Assembly (NCBI GenBank): GCA_002633005.1
Contig: NMRA01000952.1
Span: forward strand, 1 to 64,000
Length of the DNA stretch: 64,000 nt
Source of the DNA: Phoronis australis
Lineage: Eukaryota > Animalia > Phoronida
Direction: 5' to 3'
Shown: piece by piece, positions 49,893 through 63,896 of the stretch
Position numbering within the stretch: position 1 is the first letter of the stretch
Layout of the letters: each line of letters opens with the position of its first letter
Position numbers and translations under genes: made by a program
Notes under the pieces: model-generated
What the model saw: the letters and a program-made list of their open reading frames with translations, nothing else
The model's database searches: none
What the model was told of the DNA's origin: nothing

Positions 49893-52800
49893 TACTTGAA
49901 AACTTCTGTTATAGGTGATTCCAGGTCACGACTTGGAAGGTAGGGCGATGAACTATCATATTACTCACGTGCTCAACACAGCCCAATTAAAAATAAGGGA
50001 GTTTATCTATCTCACCTGTTACGGCGTAGCTGGTTTCCAATGAGGATATGGACGATGTCTTCACGGCGTTCTATGAACGGACTGTACAATAGTGAAGACA
50101 GGACCAAACTGAACGCAAAGCTTTGACAAACACGTGACAGTTCCCTACCATAGCTGGTCGCATATAAACTGTATTCGGGGGAGAACTCCTGGTACGACAC
50201 TGAGCAAGACATATGTTCCCATTGACGCCTAATTTGAATAACAGGAGACACATACTAAAAGCTGACGAAAAACAAGATTTCTCGTTTCAGTATAGGAGAG
50301 AGGGCGAGAGAAATCATTTTTTTCAGAACCAGAATACAATAAAACACTATTTGTTAATTGCTCTGCTAGTTGCAGTAACTGGCCTCTGGAAGGTAGTCTG
50401 ACTTGAGGAAGTGCAATTATGTACCGCAAAACCCGTCAACCACACGTAGTAGGCCTATTGAGCAAGTCTGCAGTTAAGCCAGATTCTGTAAGCCTATCAA
50501 CAAATGAATAAGACTGTTTTGCTGCAGTCACTGATGCCACTAAAATGAACATGTCAGTGAGAAAATGAATAGATGTATATCGTCAAATTATAAGAATTTC
50601 GCTAACATAACAAAGTTTGCGTTGTTGTTTCCTGCTTTGAAGTAAACTATAGGTTCGATCAGAGATGTTCACCAATATGTGTCACTTCAGGTCAGTGTGG
50701 TCAAATAACAAAAACTTGAGCACTCAAATACTGAAGTCCCAAGCTGCCAACCAGCAGACGAAGTCCCCGGTTCCCCCGGATCTGATTGCCTTTCACTGAC
50801 ATCAAGTAAACGAGCCGAGATACCGCGGGCCCTGGATCTGGCCGTTTCAGTTGTAGAGAGTAAACACACCTTTTCTTTACGTACGGGTGTCGGGTTACAA
50901 AAGCCGACTGCTGCAATCAAAGGGACTGCGGTAAAATGTCGTTCTTGGGCAAATGGATCTTGCGGACCAGACTTTTGTGACGTACGTCAGAATGTTCTTC
51001 GAATTGCGCCTGTTGTCTGAATTTAACGACTTAAATCTTTTTTTTGGTTTAATTCTATTCACAAAAAGCATTGAGGAGAGGAACTGAAGCAAAGCTTTTC
51101 AAGATCAGTAGAACCAAATGAATGCCGGTGTATTTTCGTCTCCCGAGGTATATTTACCACCTGACCCTATTGGTGTCGCTGAGCGCGGTGGTGTGAATGA
51201 CCTTTAAGAAAGAATATCAAATTTACGTTGTCGGTGCGCAAAACGTTAAGACGCATTACGGTACTTTCTTTCGATTTTTCAATAAAACGTATTTTGAGTG
51301 AAATATATTCAGTCCTGAAAGTGTTGCTTGTGAGGTAGGCCCTACCGAATCATCTGTAACACCGCTACTTGGGCGGGTAGCAAGCTGTGGATGCCAGCCT
51401 GCTGTGCAGTAACGTTGGCACTGAGACCACGCTAAGTTGTCACAACCATCGCAAACGGGACGCTTTCCCCTTCCTATACTATAAACCACGGGAAATGAGC
51501 AGCAATATCGGACTACTTTTCACATTATACGCATGGACGGGAACTAGTGCTGTGACTGCTTGTCCCAATTTCGTGTAATGTTTTGACCAATAAATGCTCG
51601 CTACTCGATATCAGCTAATTACCATATCGTCAGATATAGTGTTTGGGGATGTTCTAATTTGACAGATTATCGAATACTTTTTGTGTTTTGATACGAAACT
51701 GGTTCATTTTAAGCATTTTTAAAGTTCAACATACATTATCGGCCATTGCTCGGAACATTTGACACTTCCTTGTAGGCAAATTTTTCGGAGCTTGGCCCTG
51801 CACATATATGTATCAATTCCAGCAGTAGAAATCACTGTTCCGAACCTCACTGTCACCATAGACTATAATCTATGCTGTCACAAAAGTTCAAGCCAAAACA
51901 AAATTTTTAACCCAGAACCACTAAAATTACTCCTTGTGCTTGCATTAAATGTGAATCCTCCGTCACTTGCACTGAACTAATGGCCCATCAATTCATTACG
52001 TACATCCAGTGAGAGCGTAACTTCATATGGCCTTAGCAGAATCAGTAGGTGACAGCTTCAATTAAGAGGTCTGTCGGTGACTCAAGGTTCACGAACATTT
52101 TGAGTTTAAATATTTCGGCTGAGTAGCGTTAGTCGGACAATGATCGCTAGCCAAAAGGTGAACGTTACTCACGTAAATTACGGGTGTAAATCAATTTTTG
52201 TTAACGGCGTGAATTAATTCTTCACTGCTTAAAACAATTATTAACGGCGTATACTTTAACTATGACGTAAATTGAATCTTTGCGGTGTAAAATAATTACT
52301 CGATGCGCAAATTATATTTTAAATAGGGGAGTATTATTTTATTACGCACGTGAATAATAAATGAGTTTGCGAAAATACCAGTTTACGCCGCTAACGACTA
52401 ATTTACGCCGCTTATAATTGATTTACGCCGTGACATATTTCTTAACCTAGCCAATTATTTGTAACATAAAAGTGAAACAATGTGGCTGCAGCTTTAGGCG
52501 AAGATTTCACACGAAATGTTCAGCGAAACGTCAACGACGTGTGTCGTCTTATATTTTTGTATCCTGTTGATACATAAGTTCTATATTCTGTAACGCAAAA
52601 GTTTATATTTTAAATCAAACAACATTAATAGCTGTGTAGAAGGCGAATTTAGAGGTAATCCTCGTCAAGATCCAGTTAGTTTGTAATTTCTTCACCGCCG
52701 TAGCTGGCACGTGGGCAGATACCGTTCAGCTCTAGTGGTAAGGAGAATTCGAAGCTAAGAAAAGACCCGAACTGTGTCCTGAGGATGTTAATTGTTCCTA

Positions 52801-53616
52801 ACAAACATTGACCAGTGGCGGATCTAGGATATCACAAGGGGGGCCCAACTTTTCGTCCGGCTGTAAGCATTTGTGCAAACTGAACCACTATTGTAGATGC
52901 AAACCCCCCTCCCGCCCAGGAAATTTTTCTGTTTTTACCTCTAAAAATCAAGCATTTTCCTTGATTCCTGAAGTATTATCCAAGAAAAAAAGGCAAAAAA
53001 ACGGAGTACGTGTCAAACAGGAAAAACTGCAAGTATCAAAGACTCGAACACACGACCTGGCGAATAGTGCGCGCGTGAGTTACTAGTACACCACCACGAT
53101 TTAACTACTAATCTCATACTAAGAGACCTACTTGTTTATGGTCCACAGCGTTTGCGCGCGAAACCTACGTCTTTTTTGTAATGCTTGTTACACGTTTTGT
53201 ATTTTGTGCCATCGATTCTTAACAAATTTGTCGTATTTAAAATAGTCTTCAAATGCCAAAAAGACCAAATCCGTTTTTCGTGTTGGCAATAATGACGGGA
53301 TTGCTTTGGAAATCGTCTTACGATAAGGTTTGGCAAGGAGAGTATTGCGAGTTTCTGAATGATTCACTAAGGCTTCGATTACAATTCACATCTTACCAGC
53401 AGCTTCTGTTTTTTCAGCGTCACTCAGGTTCCATTTTCTTTAAAAAACGAAGTAAATTTTCTTCATTGCACAGTGGAGCAGACTACGGAAACGGAGTCGT
53501 AGTGCCCAGCTCCACTGCCGGTCGCCTGGGATATCGCGGGAGAGCCTATACTTAGCCATGGTTCCGTTACGAATGCGCCGTGTTCGGAATTTGACACTTG
53601 AAATTGGATTTGAGCC

Positions 53617-53998
53617 NNNNNNNNNNNNNNNNNNNNNNNNNNNNNNNNNNNNNNNNNNNNNNNNNNNNNNNNNNNNNNNNNNNNNNNNNNNNNNNNNNNN
53701 NNNNNNNNNNNNNNNNNNNNNNNNNNNNNNNNNNNNNNNNNNNNNNNNNNNNNNNNNNNNNNNNNNNNNNNNNNNNNNNNNNNNNNNNNNNNNNNNNNNN
53801 NNNNNNNNNNNNNNNNNNNNNNNNNNNNNNNNNNNNNNNNNNNNNNNNNNNNNNNNNNNNNNNNNNNNNNNNNNNNNNNNNNNNNNNNNNNNNNNNNNNN
53901 NNNNNNNNNNNNNNNNNNNNNNNNNNNNNNNNNNNNNNNNNNNNNNNNNNNNNNNNNNNNNNNNNNNNNNNNNNNNNNNNNNNNNNNNNNNNNNNNNC
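53617..53998. other. Assembly gap (N run)
   Basis: Run of N. Confidence 1.
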
Positions 53999-54359
53999 CC
54001 CCCTAAATCCGCCTATGTTGACGAACACTTATTTTAATCAAATTTTTAAGAAAACGCCTTGCTTACTAATATTGGAGGTAAAACGGTGCTAGGAACTTGT
54101 ACATATACATGAAGCGGCACTAATGGCCAATACGTTAAACATTAGACAAGCACGAATGAGAAGGGGATAATCTAAGCGTGAAGATTTATGTCCCAGTTAG
54201 CATTCTACCTCTGAGCATGACGAAGTACAGTGTATGTCCCAGTCAGCATTATCCGGGGTGTTGGAAGAATCCATGCGTCGGTTATTAGGTCGTTTCGTCT
54301 TTGCCGTTTTAGATTCACGAGTTCCTGGGCCTATGGAATGTCGGCCTTGGCCTGCTCAC

Positions 54360-54830
54360 TTGGGCCCCGTTCTTATTACCATTTTATGTGCCCACAAATT
54401 TATATGTGCTCGCATTATGCCGTCTTCCCCGTCCGTCCAGCGTCCGTCCGGGGTCCATGCTGGCGTTGAGCGTCCGGCGTCCGCTGCTGTATCTCCAAAG
54501 CCGTTTGATGAATGCTCATGAAATTTTACTCATGTTCCTGTTATAGATGGGACGGCATGAGCGAACTTTCGGACGGAGCGGACTGTCGGTGTGCCCCCTA
54601 GTGGCAATTTTATTCTTTTTACGTTTATCTCTCTTACTTCGGTTCTCGACAGATTTTCATAAAATTAAGCATATTATATGGCTTGTTATCAGCAAAGGTC
54701 GACTGCGAACTACATTTTGAAAAAGACAATACTTTTTAAAGACTGATCGTTTAAAAAAAAGAAAACAGAGTACTTTAAGTTTAAAAACCCATCCATCCTC
54801 CTCAACATAATAACATAACCTGGTCTAAAT
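54360..54830 (+). mobile_element. Helentron/DINE-like non-autonomous element
   Basis: CGTC/GTCC microsatellite core followed by TATCTC..ATGAAATT and GCCCCCTAGTGG motifs typical of HINE/DINE repeats. Confidence 0.5.
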
Positions 54831-56042
54831 ACGAATGTATTGTAAACTGGTCTTAAAATAAATGCAAATGCTTTTTCACACTCAGCCCCTCCCCCCTCAA
54901 CATCATGCACGCTGGAGACTAACACATATGTATCTCACGTGCATCCCGTATCATTAGCTCGTAATACTCCACTTCGTGTGGTTTATAACGACCTCTGCAG
55001 CAAGTGGGATCACAGGGCATGCACTTTCCTATTAATTTTCAAGGCAGTACACATTATATTAACCATTTATTACAGTGACATTGATGCATCACAAAATGCA
55101 GTACAGAAACAGATGGACTTAGTGTGCAATACATCCCAGCCTTTCGGGCTTAAAAGTCAGGCGATACAAATTAACACGCTAGCGGTTACATAATACAGGA
55201 CACTCTCGCGGCAATCCAGTAACCTAGTCAAAAACTTGTATTTGATCTCGAGTACAATAATTGTTAAACATAAAGCATTCCATTAATTCCGCTTAAATAT
55301 TTGCATACGTTTGCGTTTGAAACAAAAAAATGCCAGTTATCATATTGCCCGAAATATGACAGGAGAGAACTGTCAAAAGCACAAGTCAACCACTGTATGC
55401 AAAACGTGCATGTAAATGTCGTCCTCCTGCTTTTCTAATATTTTGGACCAGGGCCCTGTTGCATAAAAGTTATACACCGGATAACAACATAAGCATCGTC
55501 ACCCTTCACGTTGTTATTTGTTGAGCGCTGAATATGACGTCATGCAGTTACTGTATCAAGTTTATCCAGTGAATAATCGTTTTAATGCAACTCATCTCTC
55601 GGCCAGGGGTTTAATAGCCATGCTGGAAATTGATTCTACTAGAAATTGCATGGCGTACTTCGAGACTACATGTACTTGAGCTCCCAGCATACAGCCCGAT
55701 TGGTAAAATTTTGAGTCTGAGTTGAAAGATTAGACCCATGGCTCAGTCAAATGGTGTAACTGCGTGTAGAATATTCTCAAGTCTGATAAAGAAGACGTTT
55801 CAAGTGTGTACCTGTTCCTTATAACACCTTTAACTAGGACAAATTCGCGTTTCTCTTTTACACGTTTTACAAAATTCAGTTAGATTATTGCAATAAGTGA
55901 GTATGAAAGTACAAAATCCTTTGCCGAAGTGTCAGTTTTGTTTTCCGATTTTTGGGTTGGATTTGAACTCGTATTTGTAGATATGTTCCAACGAACAATA
56001 ATGGCGGAAGTGCCTCATTATAGTTAGTATGTTGCTGCAGCC

Positions 56043-56293
56043 TTAGAAAGCCTTGTCTTTCTCCTCGCGCACCACGTGACCAGATCTATTTCGTGCAGCA
56101 ACCAACACAGTGACACCTATCATAAGAAGCAAGAAGATGGCGAGCACGGCCACAACTGCGTAGAAGGTGGTTGCACTGATGTGCCCTTCACAGATGACGT
56201 TGTTTTTGTTGTTGCTGTTGTTGTTGTTGTTGTTGTTGTTGTCTGAATTCTGTTCAACTACATTCACCTCTTCTTTGGTGATGATCTTGTCGT
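56043..56293 (-). CDS. Terminal exon: poly-Asn stalk, ICEGHISATTFYAVVAVLAIFLLLMIGVTVLVAA TM helix, tail RNRSGHVVREEKDKAF*
   Basis: TTTTCAG acceptor; phase 1 matches upstream exon; hydrophobic helix followed by basic residues. Confidence 0.85.
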
Positions 56294-59200
56294 CTGAAAA
56301 AGACATAGCTCGAATTCAGTCTGAAGATTCGTTCCGATTCATTTTTATCCACTTATAAATGCTAGTCCACCATACAACAGAGGGCGCCTGCCGATAAATA
56401 CGTTTGTCCAACCGCTTGCTTCGTTAATCAAACGTCCTTGAGAATCATAATTCTAACCTTTACTAAACCAAAAGTTGGGTGAAGCAAGACAATAATCTGT
56501 GCAACGAATTATAATATGTGTTTATCATTTGTCTGGAACAGATGTCAGCAGCCCCTTATTTGCATACAGAGGTCACGATACTGCGACTGAGTGCACTTAT
56601 GATGCTGTGCAACTGCACACTTACAGGAGTAAGTCTTTTAAGAGATGCGACGCTGTCAAAAGTGCTTTACAACCAAAGTTTGAAAGATGGAGACAATATC
56701 AGAGTAGTTGAAAGAAAGAACCTTTTAAAGAGTTCCGAACTGAATCATTTGATCACTGAAAACACAAAAATCTAGCCCTGGAATGCCAACTCCCGAACGT
56801 GACCTACGTATACTAAAATTAGAGCTTGTGACCCCGAGACTAGCTGCGAGAGTGCACTGAGAATTTCCGGCTGTCAGCTCGACTGAGTTTTGGTCGAGAA
56901 TTGTAGTTTCCAAATCAAGCCTGATTTCATTGATTCGTTTTTATTTGGTCATTATTGTTCATCAAACGAGTCTTGAGATACGATTCCATACAATCGACGA
57001 TTTCTCGACAAAATTAGTCAACAAACCCGAAAATGACACTGGTCATTCCTTGGAGGCACCGACATGTGGTTTTAGGTGGATTCAGGGAGTAATTTTGACT
57101 TCTGATATCTCTTCAGTTCCAGTCGTAGAACCACTTTCGACAACCTATCATGGTAAAGTACATGCCACGACTTTTTCAACAAAGCCTTTTGGTTCTTAAA
57201 ATCACGTTAAAGAATTTTACGGAAAAAGTACTGTTATATTTGGACTAAATGATAAGTTTAGGCCCTAAAAACAGGTGTGTTTACGTAATTTTCGAAAAAA
57301 AAATTCATAATTGCTCTATTTATGTGTGTGTGTGCGTGTGTGCTTGTATGAGCGTGCGTGTGTGTGTGCGTGTGCATTCTGTTCTAATTAATTGTTTCTA
57401 TGATAATTCATTTGTTCAATGTTATCTTGTTGCCTAGATGCCGTTTTGGTTAATTCGATTTCTGAGAAGTAGGCCTACAGTTATCCATAGTACATGGATT
57501 TACCTACATGTATACCTGTGAAATAAAATTCAAAAAAATGAAAACGTTACCTTGTATAAGAAGCCAATCTAGTACCTCGTGTTGCTGATAGCGTACAGTG
57601 TATTTGAAAATTACCACGCTCTTGGCGTACTGTCCCACTTTAAAAAAATCCCACCAACCCGACACACCATATATAAATGCCCGACTTTGTTTATTAGAGT
57701 TTATTTATTATGAATGAAACAAGTATGTTTCGAAATATCGTGTGTCTTTTAATTATGTCGCTAGGTCAGTTACTGTATCTACAGTATGTTCAATTGAGAG
57801 TAGAGTTTTGTTAAGAAAGTACGAACGCAACGGATTAAAGACTGTGGACAATGAAAAGTGTCGTGCATTTAACAACTTCTGTGTAACCGAAAACTTGCTC
57901 CCGAAGTACAGTCAGAGTTTATTTCTAAACTTTTATGGAAAGTCCTTGACAGCAACCAATGTGATGAACTATCCACAGTACATTTTAAAGCTACGTGATA
58001 GATGTTTGCTCATTTTCATGGATAAGAAAACCTTTATTTGCAAATTTCGGATAAATACTTGGAGTGGTTAATCACGTTTTTCACGGTGAATGCCACTGCA
58101 TTGGGAAAATTACTGAACAATGTATTACTTGCATCAAACGGCACCAAAGGTCCAATTAATTATAATATATAAAGATGTATAATTTTGAATGAATGCCTGA
58201 CTAAATTATCCCCAGCAAGTGTGAGGGATCCATATTCTAAAACCTTTGTCTTCTTAGGGTATCTTTTGAATCATTAACATTATTTTCTCAGTGGCTTAAT
58301 TAGTCATGTTTCATTTCCTTTTTTGTTACTCTTACACCCTCTTATTATGAGGATTTCGGTAATCCTTATGGTTTTTAGAATTAAAAAAATATATATTTTT
58401 AAACCAGTCAGGCATACTTGTAGGATATCAATAATTTGTCTTCTGCTTCTTGCGTAATCACCAAGAACTGACAAAGGGCTTTCTAATGATATTGCTATTT
58501 TACAATTCAAATCAAAACGGCAGAGCTTTAACAAGTTTTAATGCCAGTAAATTCGACACCAAGTACAGACACCGGAACAAAGGAATATAATCAACTCTCA
58601 CGCATGCGTGGCGCAACCTCAGGAATACAAACAACCGCAGCGGTTGTGATGGAGTTGGCCGAAAAACGAGTCACCATCGTGTTTCAGCATTCACTCCCAG
58701 TAAGCAAACACGAATGACCGACACAGACTGTGCAATTTTACAAAATTAGGTGTTTGAGTTAATCATGTGATCCGACAACGGTTGCGCCAACTGTATGGTC
58801 CTGGAGAGTTGATAAGGATCAAGTTTGGCCAGGTACTAATTTTCGACGTGCTTAATTATTTACAGAGATATGAAAATATGGTCTAATTACTGCCTGTACT
58901 GTTGTTTTTTAATTTTGACATTTTAATGTTATTTGACTGGTTCCAAAACGTTGAAATGATTTGCTAAGCAAGCGAATTTAGTATTATATTAGTTCAGTGT
59001 AAGTGAATATATAATGAAGATTATGGCCTTTCCTTGGGCCAGTTGCGTCATTATCTGTTGTTACACGCCGGTTTGCCTTCCTATGAATCCGGTATTTTCA
59101 AGTATTCTTAAATGGGCAGTATATAACAGTGGAAACGGTTATGAAAACCAAATATTACCTGGTATATGTTCAAACACAGGACATCAGCATAATGACATGC

Positions 59201-61819
59201 TGCCCAAACAACCAAAAACGTGATAGCCCAAAACAAGAATACGAGAAATATACAGACTGGTTGATTCAAGACATTTTACTACAATAAGCTGATCTTCTAA
59301 ATAAGAAATTAGTGACACTTAAGTGAAATTTGATGCAGGGTGAAGGTCGGAAAAATATCTCTACCATCCTACCCCAAAGTACCCTAGGTGATTTTACCAA
59401 TCTAAAGTAACCTTCTACGAATTGGTATTTTGCGTGAAACTTGCAACATTTGCCCCNGAAGCTGACCTAAAATAGCACCTATGACAGGGCAATATTTAAT
59501 ATGTATATTAGTGGTAAGAACCGATAAGAATAAACTCTAACTCACCATTTGAAGAAGTGACTGGAATGCTCAAAGTAAATACACGTGACACCGTGTCTTT
59601 GTCATTAACAGACCTCTTCTTGCGGGTATTGCACGAAGTTGAATCCTGAAAAAACGAGGTAAGAAACGTTGTAGAGGGGTTTCGTCTATTAGTGGAGTGC
59701 AGCGAACCAACAATATTGTCACCATGTGAGAAGTTCACCCGCTGTCAGGATGGAAGCTCTCCTATGTTATGAGTTATGAAAGCAAAGCTACCCAGTGATT
59801 TTGCCCTTAAAGATACTGTTTACCGTTTCATTTTTATTAAATACCTCATGAAACGGATCTTTACGCAAACAACTTTATTCGAAACCTAAGCACAAATAAT
59901 GCTCTTTAGACATGACATCGATTTTTTCAAAATAAACTGAATTTGAAACAGTTTTTTTAGTTTAGATTTTATTTTGGTATGGTGCAACAAGAAAAGATAG
60001 ATTCTGCCTTACTACGTGACCACCGTTCAAAAATAAGTGCGTGGCCAAAATTTATGGAAATGAAAACTTAAATAAGACACAATCTTAATCGATCGTTCAT
60101 TTTTTGGGGAAACGTCTCGGCAATATTTCTGGCGCACGATCTGACCATTATTTTGTCAGACATCTTAGTTAAACAGATGGTTGAATGAACTTCCTCACGG
60201 AGAATAAAATCGTTAAGATTTCAAGAAAAAGAACATTTATGCGCGCGACATGTGTTACGTGATTAGTTTCTACTTTGTTGGTAAGAAAAGATTCATAATC
60301 AAAGTGGGTGTTTTGTTAAAAAGATGCGGCTATTGTATAAAATCTAAAAATCGGAACCCGCTTTGTTAAAAATTGAATGGATTTTGATTTGACACGTTTT
60401 AAGAAAATAATGGAAGAGTTTAAATGATGTTTATTGATTAAATTGAAGGTTACATTTGAGGGCCTTTAACCTTTCTGGAACTCGACATTGTTTAGACTGT
60501 GTATAACGTTACACCACAACTATTTTAAATAAAATTGATGTCATTTGTAGAACTGTATACTGGCATCTGTTTACTGAAAATGGTCAAGACTTGACAATTT
60601 GTGAATGAGCGGTGGATATATAAGTAGCGATGGGAGCAACTTAATTATCGCCTTGGCTACAGCTTCCTAGCTAGGGATTGCGTGTTATTTCTGGAAACTG
60701 ACTTCGTATAATGTTGATCTCCGGTATCTAAAGCCACAATGGAGAACGGTTACAGCACCTTGGTAAATAGTTTGGAATTTAAGGAATTTAATCTCGTCTG
60801 TTGGCAAAACTTTGCGTCAAATTTCCGGATAATGGCTGTTGTATGGAGGAAACATTAAAAACTACCTGAGAAGAGACTCTCAATGAGAAATCAGAAGTGA
60901 TAACAGTCGCCAGGTGACGAGACTGGCTAGTCCACGAGTCGGATCCCTAAGAACTATCAGAGTTAGGTCATAAAAATTGGGGACATGTCGCGAGTCCGCT
61001 CAAAATAGTTCCACACAGAGACAACTTTTGAAATAGGGTAGCACAAGAAGCGAATCACGATTATCAAGGACACAATCAGGTAATCAAGGACATACATGTA
61101 ATCACGTTATTAAGGACAGTATCACGTCATCAAGGACAGAATCACGTTATCAAGAACAGAAATGCTCACTTGTCATTGCTACGTTGATGCTCCATGTAAC
61201 AAGATTATGTCGTACTTTAAATTACCTCGAGTGACTAAATGACCATCTATCAGTAAGATAAAAATACAAGTTAGTGTCGGCTTACGAAGTTAATGGTAGT
61301 AGGAACAGCGACGACATCAACGAAGAAACTGAAACATGTGACCCCACAACGCCATCTACGGCCAACTGAGGATTTTGCCACATTCAGCAAAAACTACGAC
61401 CCAGGACGACGCTGACGATCGAGATGACAAATACGTGGCCATGACAACAAAAGTTGACACCGACCGTGAAGTTCACTACTTTAGTGAGAGCGATGATTCA
61501 ACCCCGCGGCAACGATGATGTTGTGAATATGCAGTTGTTACTAACATTAGTAGAGTAGCAGAAGCTGTAGTGTAGTGTTGTGGTAGAAGCTGTCGACCAC
61601 TATCATTAGTAGTGTAGTAGCAGTAGATATCACTAACACTTTAGTACAGTAGTAGTAGACTAGTAGTAGTGGTAGTAGTAGTAGTAGCTGTCACACACAT
61701 TAGTAGTGTACTAGTAGTAGCTGTCACTAATATTATTATTATTATCAGTAGTAGTAGTAGCTGTCACTAATATTATTATTATTATCAGTAGTAGTAGTAG
61801 CTGTCACTAATATTAGTAA

Positions 61820-61882
<63 letters not shown>

Positions 61883-61906
61883 CTGTCACTAATATTAGTA
61901 ATAGTA

Positions 61907-61937
<31 letters not shown>

Positions 61938-61961
61938 CTGTCACTAATATTAGTAGTAGTA

Positions 61962-61995
<34 letters not shown>

Positions 61996-62019
61996 CTGTC
62001 ACTAATATTAGTAGTAGTA

Positions 62020-62053
<34 letters not shown>

Positions 62054-63896
62054 CTGTCAATAATATTAGTAGTAGTAGTAGAAGTAGTAGTAGTAGAAGT
62101 AGTAGTAGTAGCTGTCACTAATAATAGTAGTAGTAGTAGTATTAGTAGCAGCAGCAGTAGTAGTTGTTGTTACTAACATTAGTAGTGCAGTAGCAGTAGC
62201 TGTCTCAAACATTAGTAGTGTAATATTGGTTGTTGTCACTAATTTTAGTAATGTAACAGTAGTAGATGTCACTTACTTTAGTAGTGTAGTATTAGTATCG
62301 GTCACTAACGACGGTTATAGCCTAAAGTCTCCTAGAGTACGCTGAAAGCAACGGTTTATACTCCAAAGCACGGCCGAGCTATACCTCTGGAAGCAAGAGT
62401 TTGGAAAACGATCGCCACACCTTGGGCTCTGTTTGTACCAAAACAACAAGTCCTATCTTGGGCTCTTTAAAAATCACAAGAGGTGTTCAAATTTCATGTT
62501 TATCTGCTAAAAATGTGGTTCAACAGAAAAGAACGCAAGGAATGACCAGCCAATAAAAGAACATTGGTCAGAAAACCCCGAAAATTAGTGTTATTTCGCT
62601 ATTTTGAAAGACGTTGGAATAGCTCCATCAGCGGATTAAAAAGGGTTTTTACATGTTTATACGTTTACAACGGAATTCCTTAAGAAAAGTTTTGTTATTA
62701 ATAGAAATGAATAATTAATGTACAGATGGCACACTGAGCATGGAACAAGTAATCTTTTTGGCAGTCATTTCGGATTCCAATACAGCTGCAGATATTTATT
62801 CCAAGTATGTCGCTGATGGTATCACATATGTTCAAGTTACAACAAATCACTTCCAAAAGATTACTGGGGTTTTATTTTTATCTAACGCTGGTAACTGATA
62901 TGGATAGTGGCGGCCAGACTATAAATCCAAGGAGGTGACTATACTTGGGGGCAGATCACGTGACTACGGAACTTTTTTGAAAAGAGCATGGAAAATTCCA
63001 CTAGTAATTAAAGGTTCTTACTCAATTCACAAAATGGAAGAATTTCCCTTAACTGTCTATGGTATACAATAAGTGGAATGAGTTTCGTGAACGTAAGAAT
63101 GACGTACAAACACCACGTAAAATTGTGCGAGTATGCTTGGGACGTTACTACCAAAATGGTAGCCATTGAAGCGTGTACATGTATTCGCGATATAGTCTTC
63201 GATTGTAATTGTGAGGCATTTCATAAAACACTCAGTTGCCATCATTTTTCGGTATATCGTTGTGTTAAATATGTCATCTCATAAACCAGAAAAGAATGGA
63301 TTTCAAAAATCAGTCAACCAGGGGTTGAGTATAGGCTATCGAGTAGCAACGTAGTAACGCACCATGAGTTTACTTTTTAGTCAGACAATTCCATCACTGC
63401 TTTACACATGACTAGTTGTTACCGGAACTGTGACTGATACAGTGCTGTAGTGGTAAAATTAAAGGTAAATAGGCCCCCAAAGCCCACCGTACCGCTTTGA
63501 GCACTGAACGTAACTTACGGTGCGTAGGCGTGGGCGCTGCCTTCAAATGTCAAAAGTTGGTTGGCTGCGCTTACGTACGCCTAAGCCCCACTACAGCACT
63601 GGGCTGATGATAGGAGTTCAAGGTCTGCCACGAGCATGTCAAGATAGTGATGATGGTGATGTCAGATGATCATTGTGACGACTTGATGACAACGCTCACG
63701 GTGACAATGACGTCGATGATGACGATAAAGACAACGGTGGCGACGAAGAGGCTGATGATCACAACACCGTGAAGTTGATGATGCTGAGGGTGGTGGTGAT
63801 GATGAGGCCGAAAATTAAAGAAGGCGTACCTGCATTTTTTTGTCCTTGAAGAAGGTCATCTTGACTCTAAGTTTGACCGTGCTTTGTCGGTAAAAT
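56043..63896 (-). CDS. 3' portion of a ZP (zona pellucida) domain-like type I membrane protein; continues beyond the window end
   Basis: Exons 63830-63896 (VKMTFFKD, ZP-C start-like), 60703-60797 (FLKF..VLHC), 59546-59645 (C..RKKR furin site plus EHP-like strand), 56043-56293 (TM plus short tail). The last three join in phase; exons between 60797 and 63830 are unresolved. Confidence 0.7.
57322..57375. repeat. (GT/GC)n microsatellite
   Basis: Directly visible. Confidence 0.85.
59546..59645 (-). CDS. Exon DSTSCNTRKKRSVNDKDTVSRVFTLSIPVTSSN
   Basis: Consensus furin site RKKR followed by a hydrophobic beta patch typical of ZP proteins; TTTCAG/GTGAGT. Confidence 0.85.
60703..60797 (-). CDS. Exon EIKFLKFQTIYQGAVTVLHCGFRYRRSTLYE
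   Basis: ZP-C-like F.F....V.LHC; phase 1 to 0 fits the next exon; GTCAGT donor. Confidence 0.65.
61540..62310. repeat. Compound (AGT)n microsatellite/minisatellite punctuated by GCTGTCACTAATATT
   Basis: Directly visible; homogeneous core at about 61670-62140 with degenerate flanks. Confidence 0.95.
63830..63896 (-). CDS. Exon FYRQSTVKLRVKMTFFKDKKMQ
   Basis: ZP-C start-like M.FF.D; TTCAG/GTACGC. Confidence 0.55.

Noticed and set aside
50012-50251. Minus-strand ORF ending at a CAG|GTGAGA donor as a coding exon
   Set aside because: No homology or phase link; at most a non-coding 5' exon, which cannot be supported from sequence alone.
53558-54092. Long ORFs in the ORF track
   Set aside because: Artefacts of the N gap.
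61670-62140. Repeat-spacer pattern resembling CRISPR
   Set aside because: The spacers are AGT microsatellite rather than unique sequence; eukaryotic context with no cas genes.
62066-62272. Thr/Tyr-rich ORF as a mucin exon
   Set aside because: Translation of the AGT satellite; no splice-phase support, and it would fall inside the ZP-C domain.
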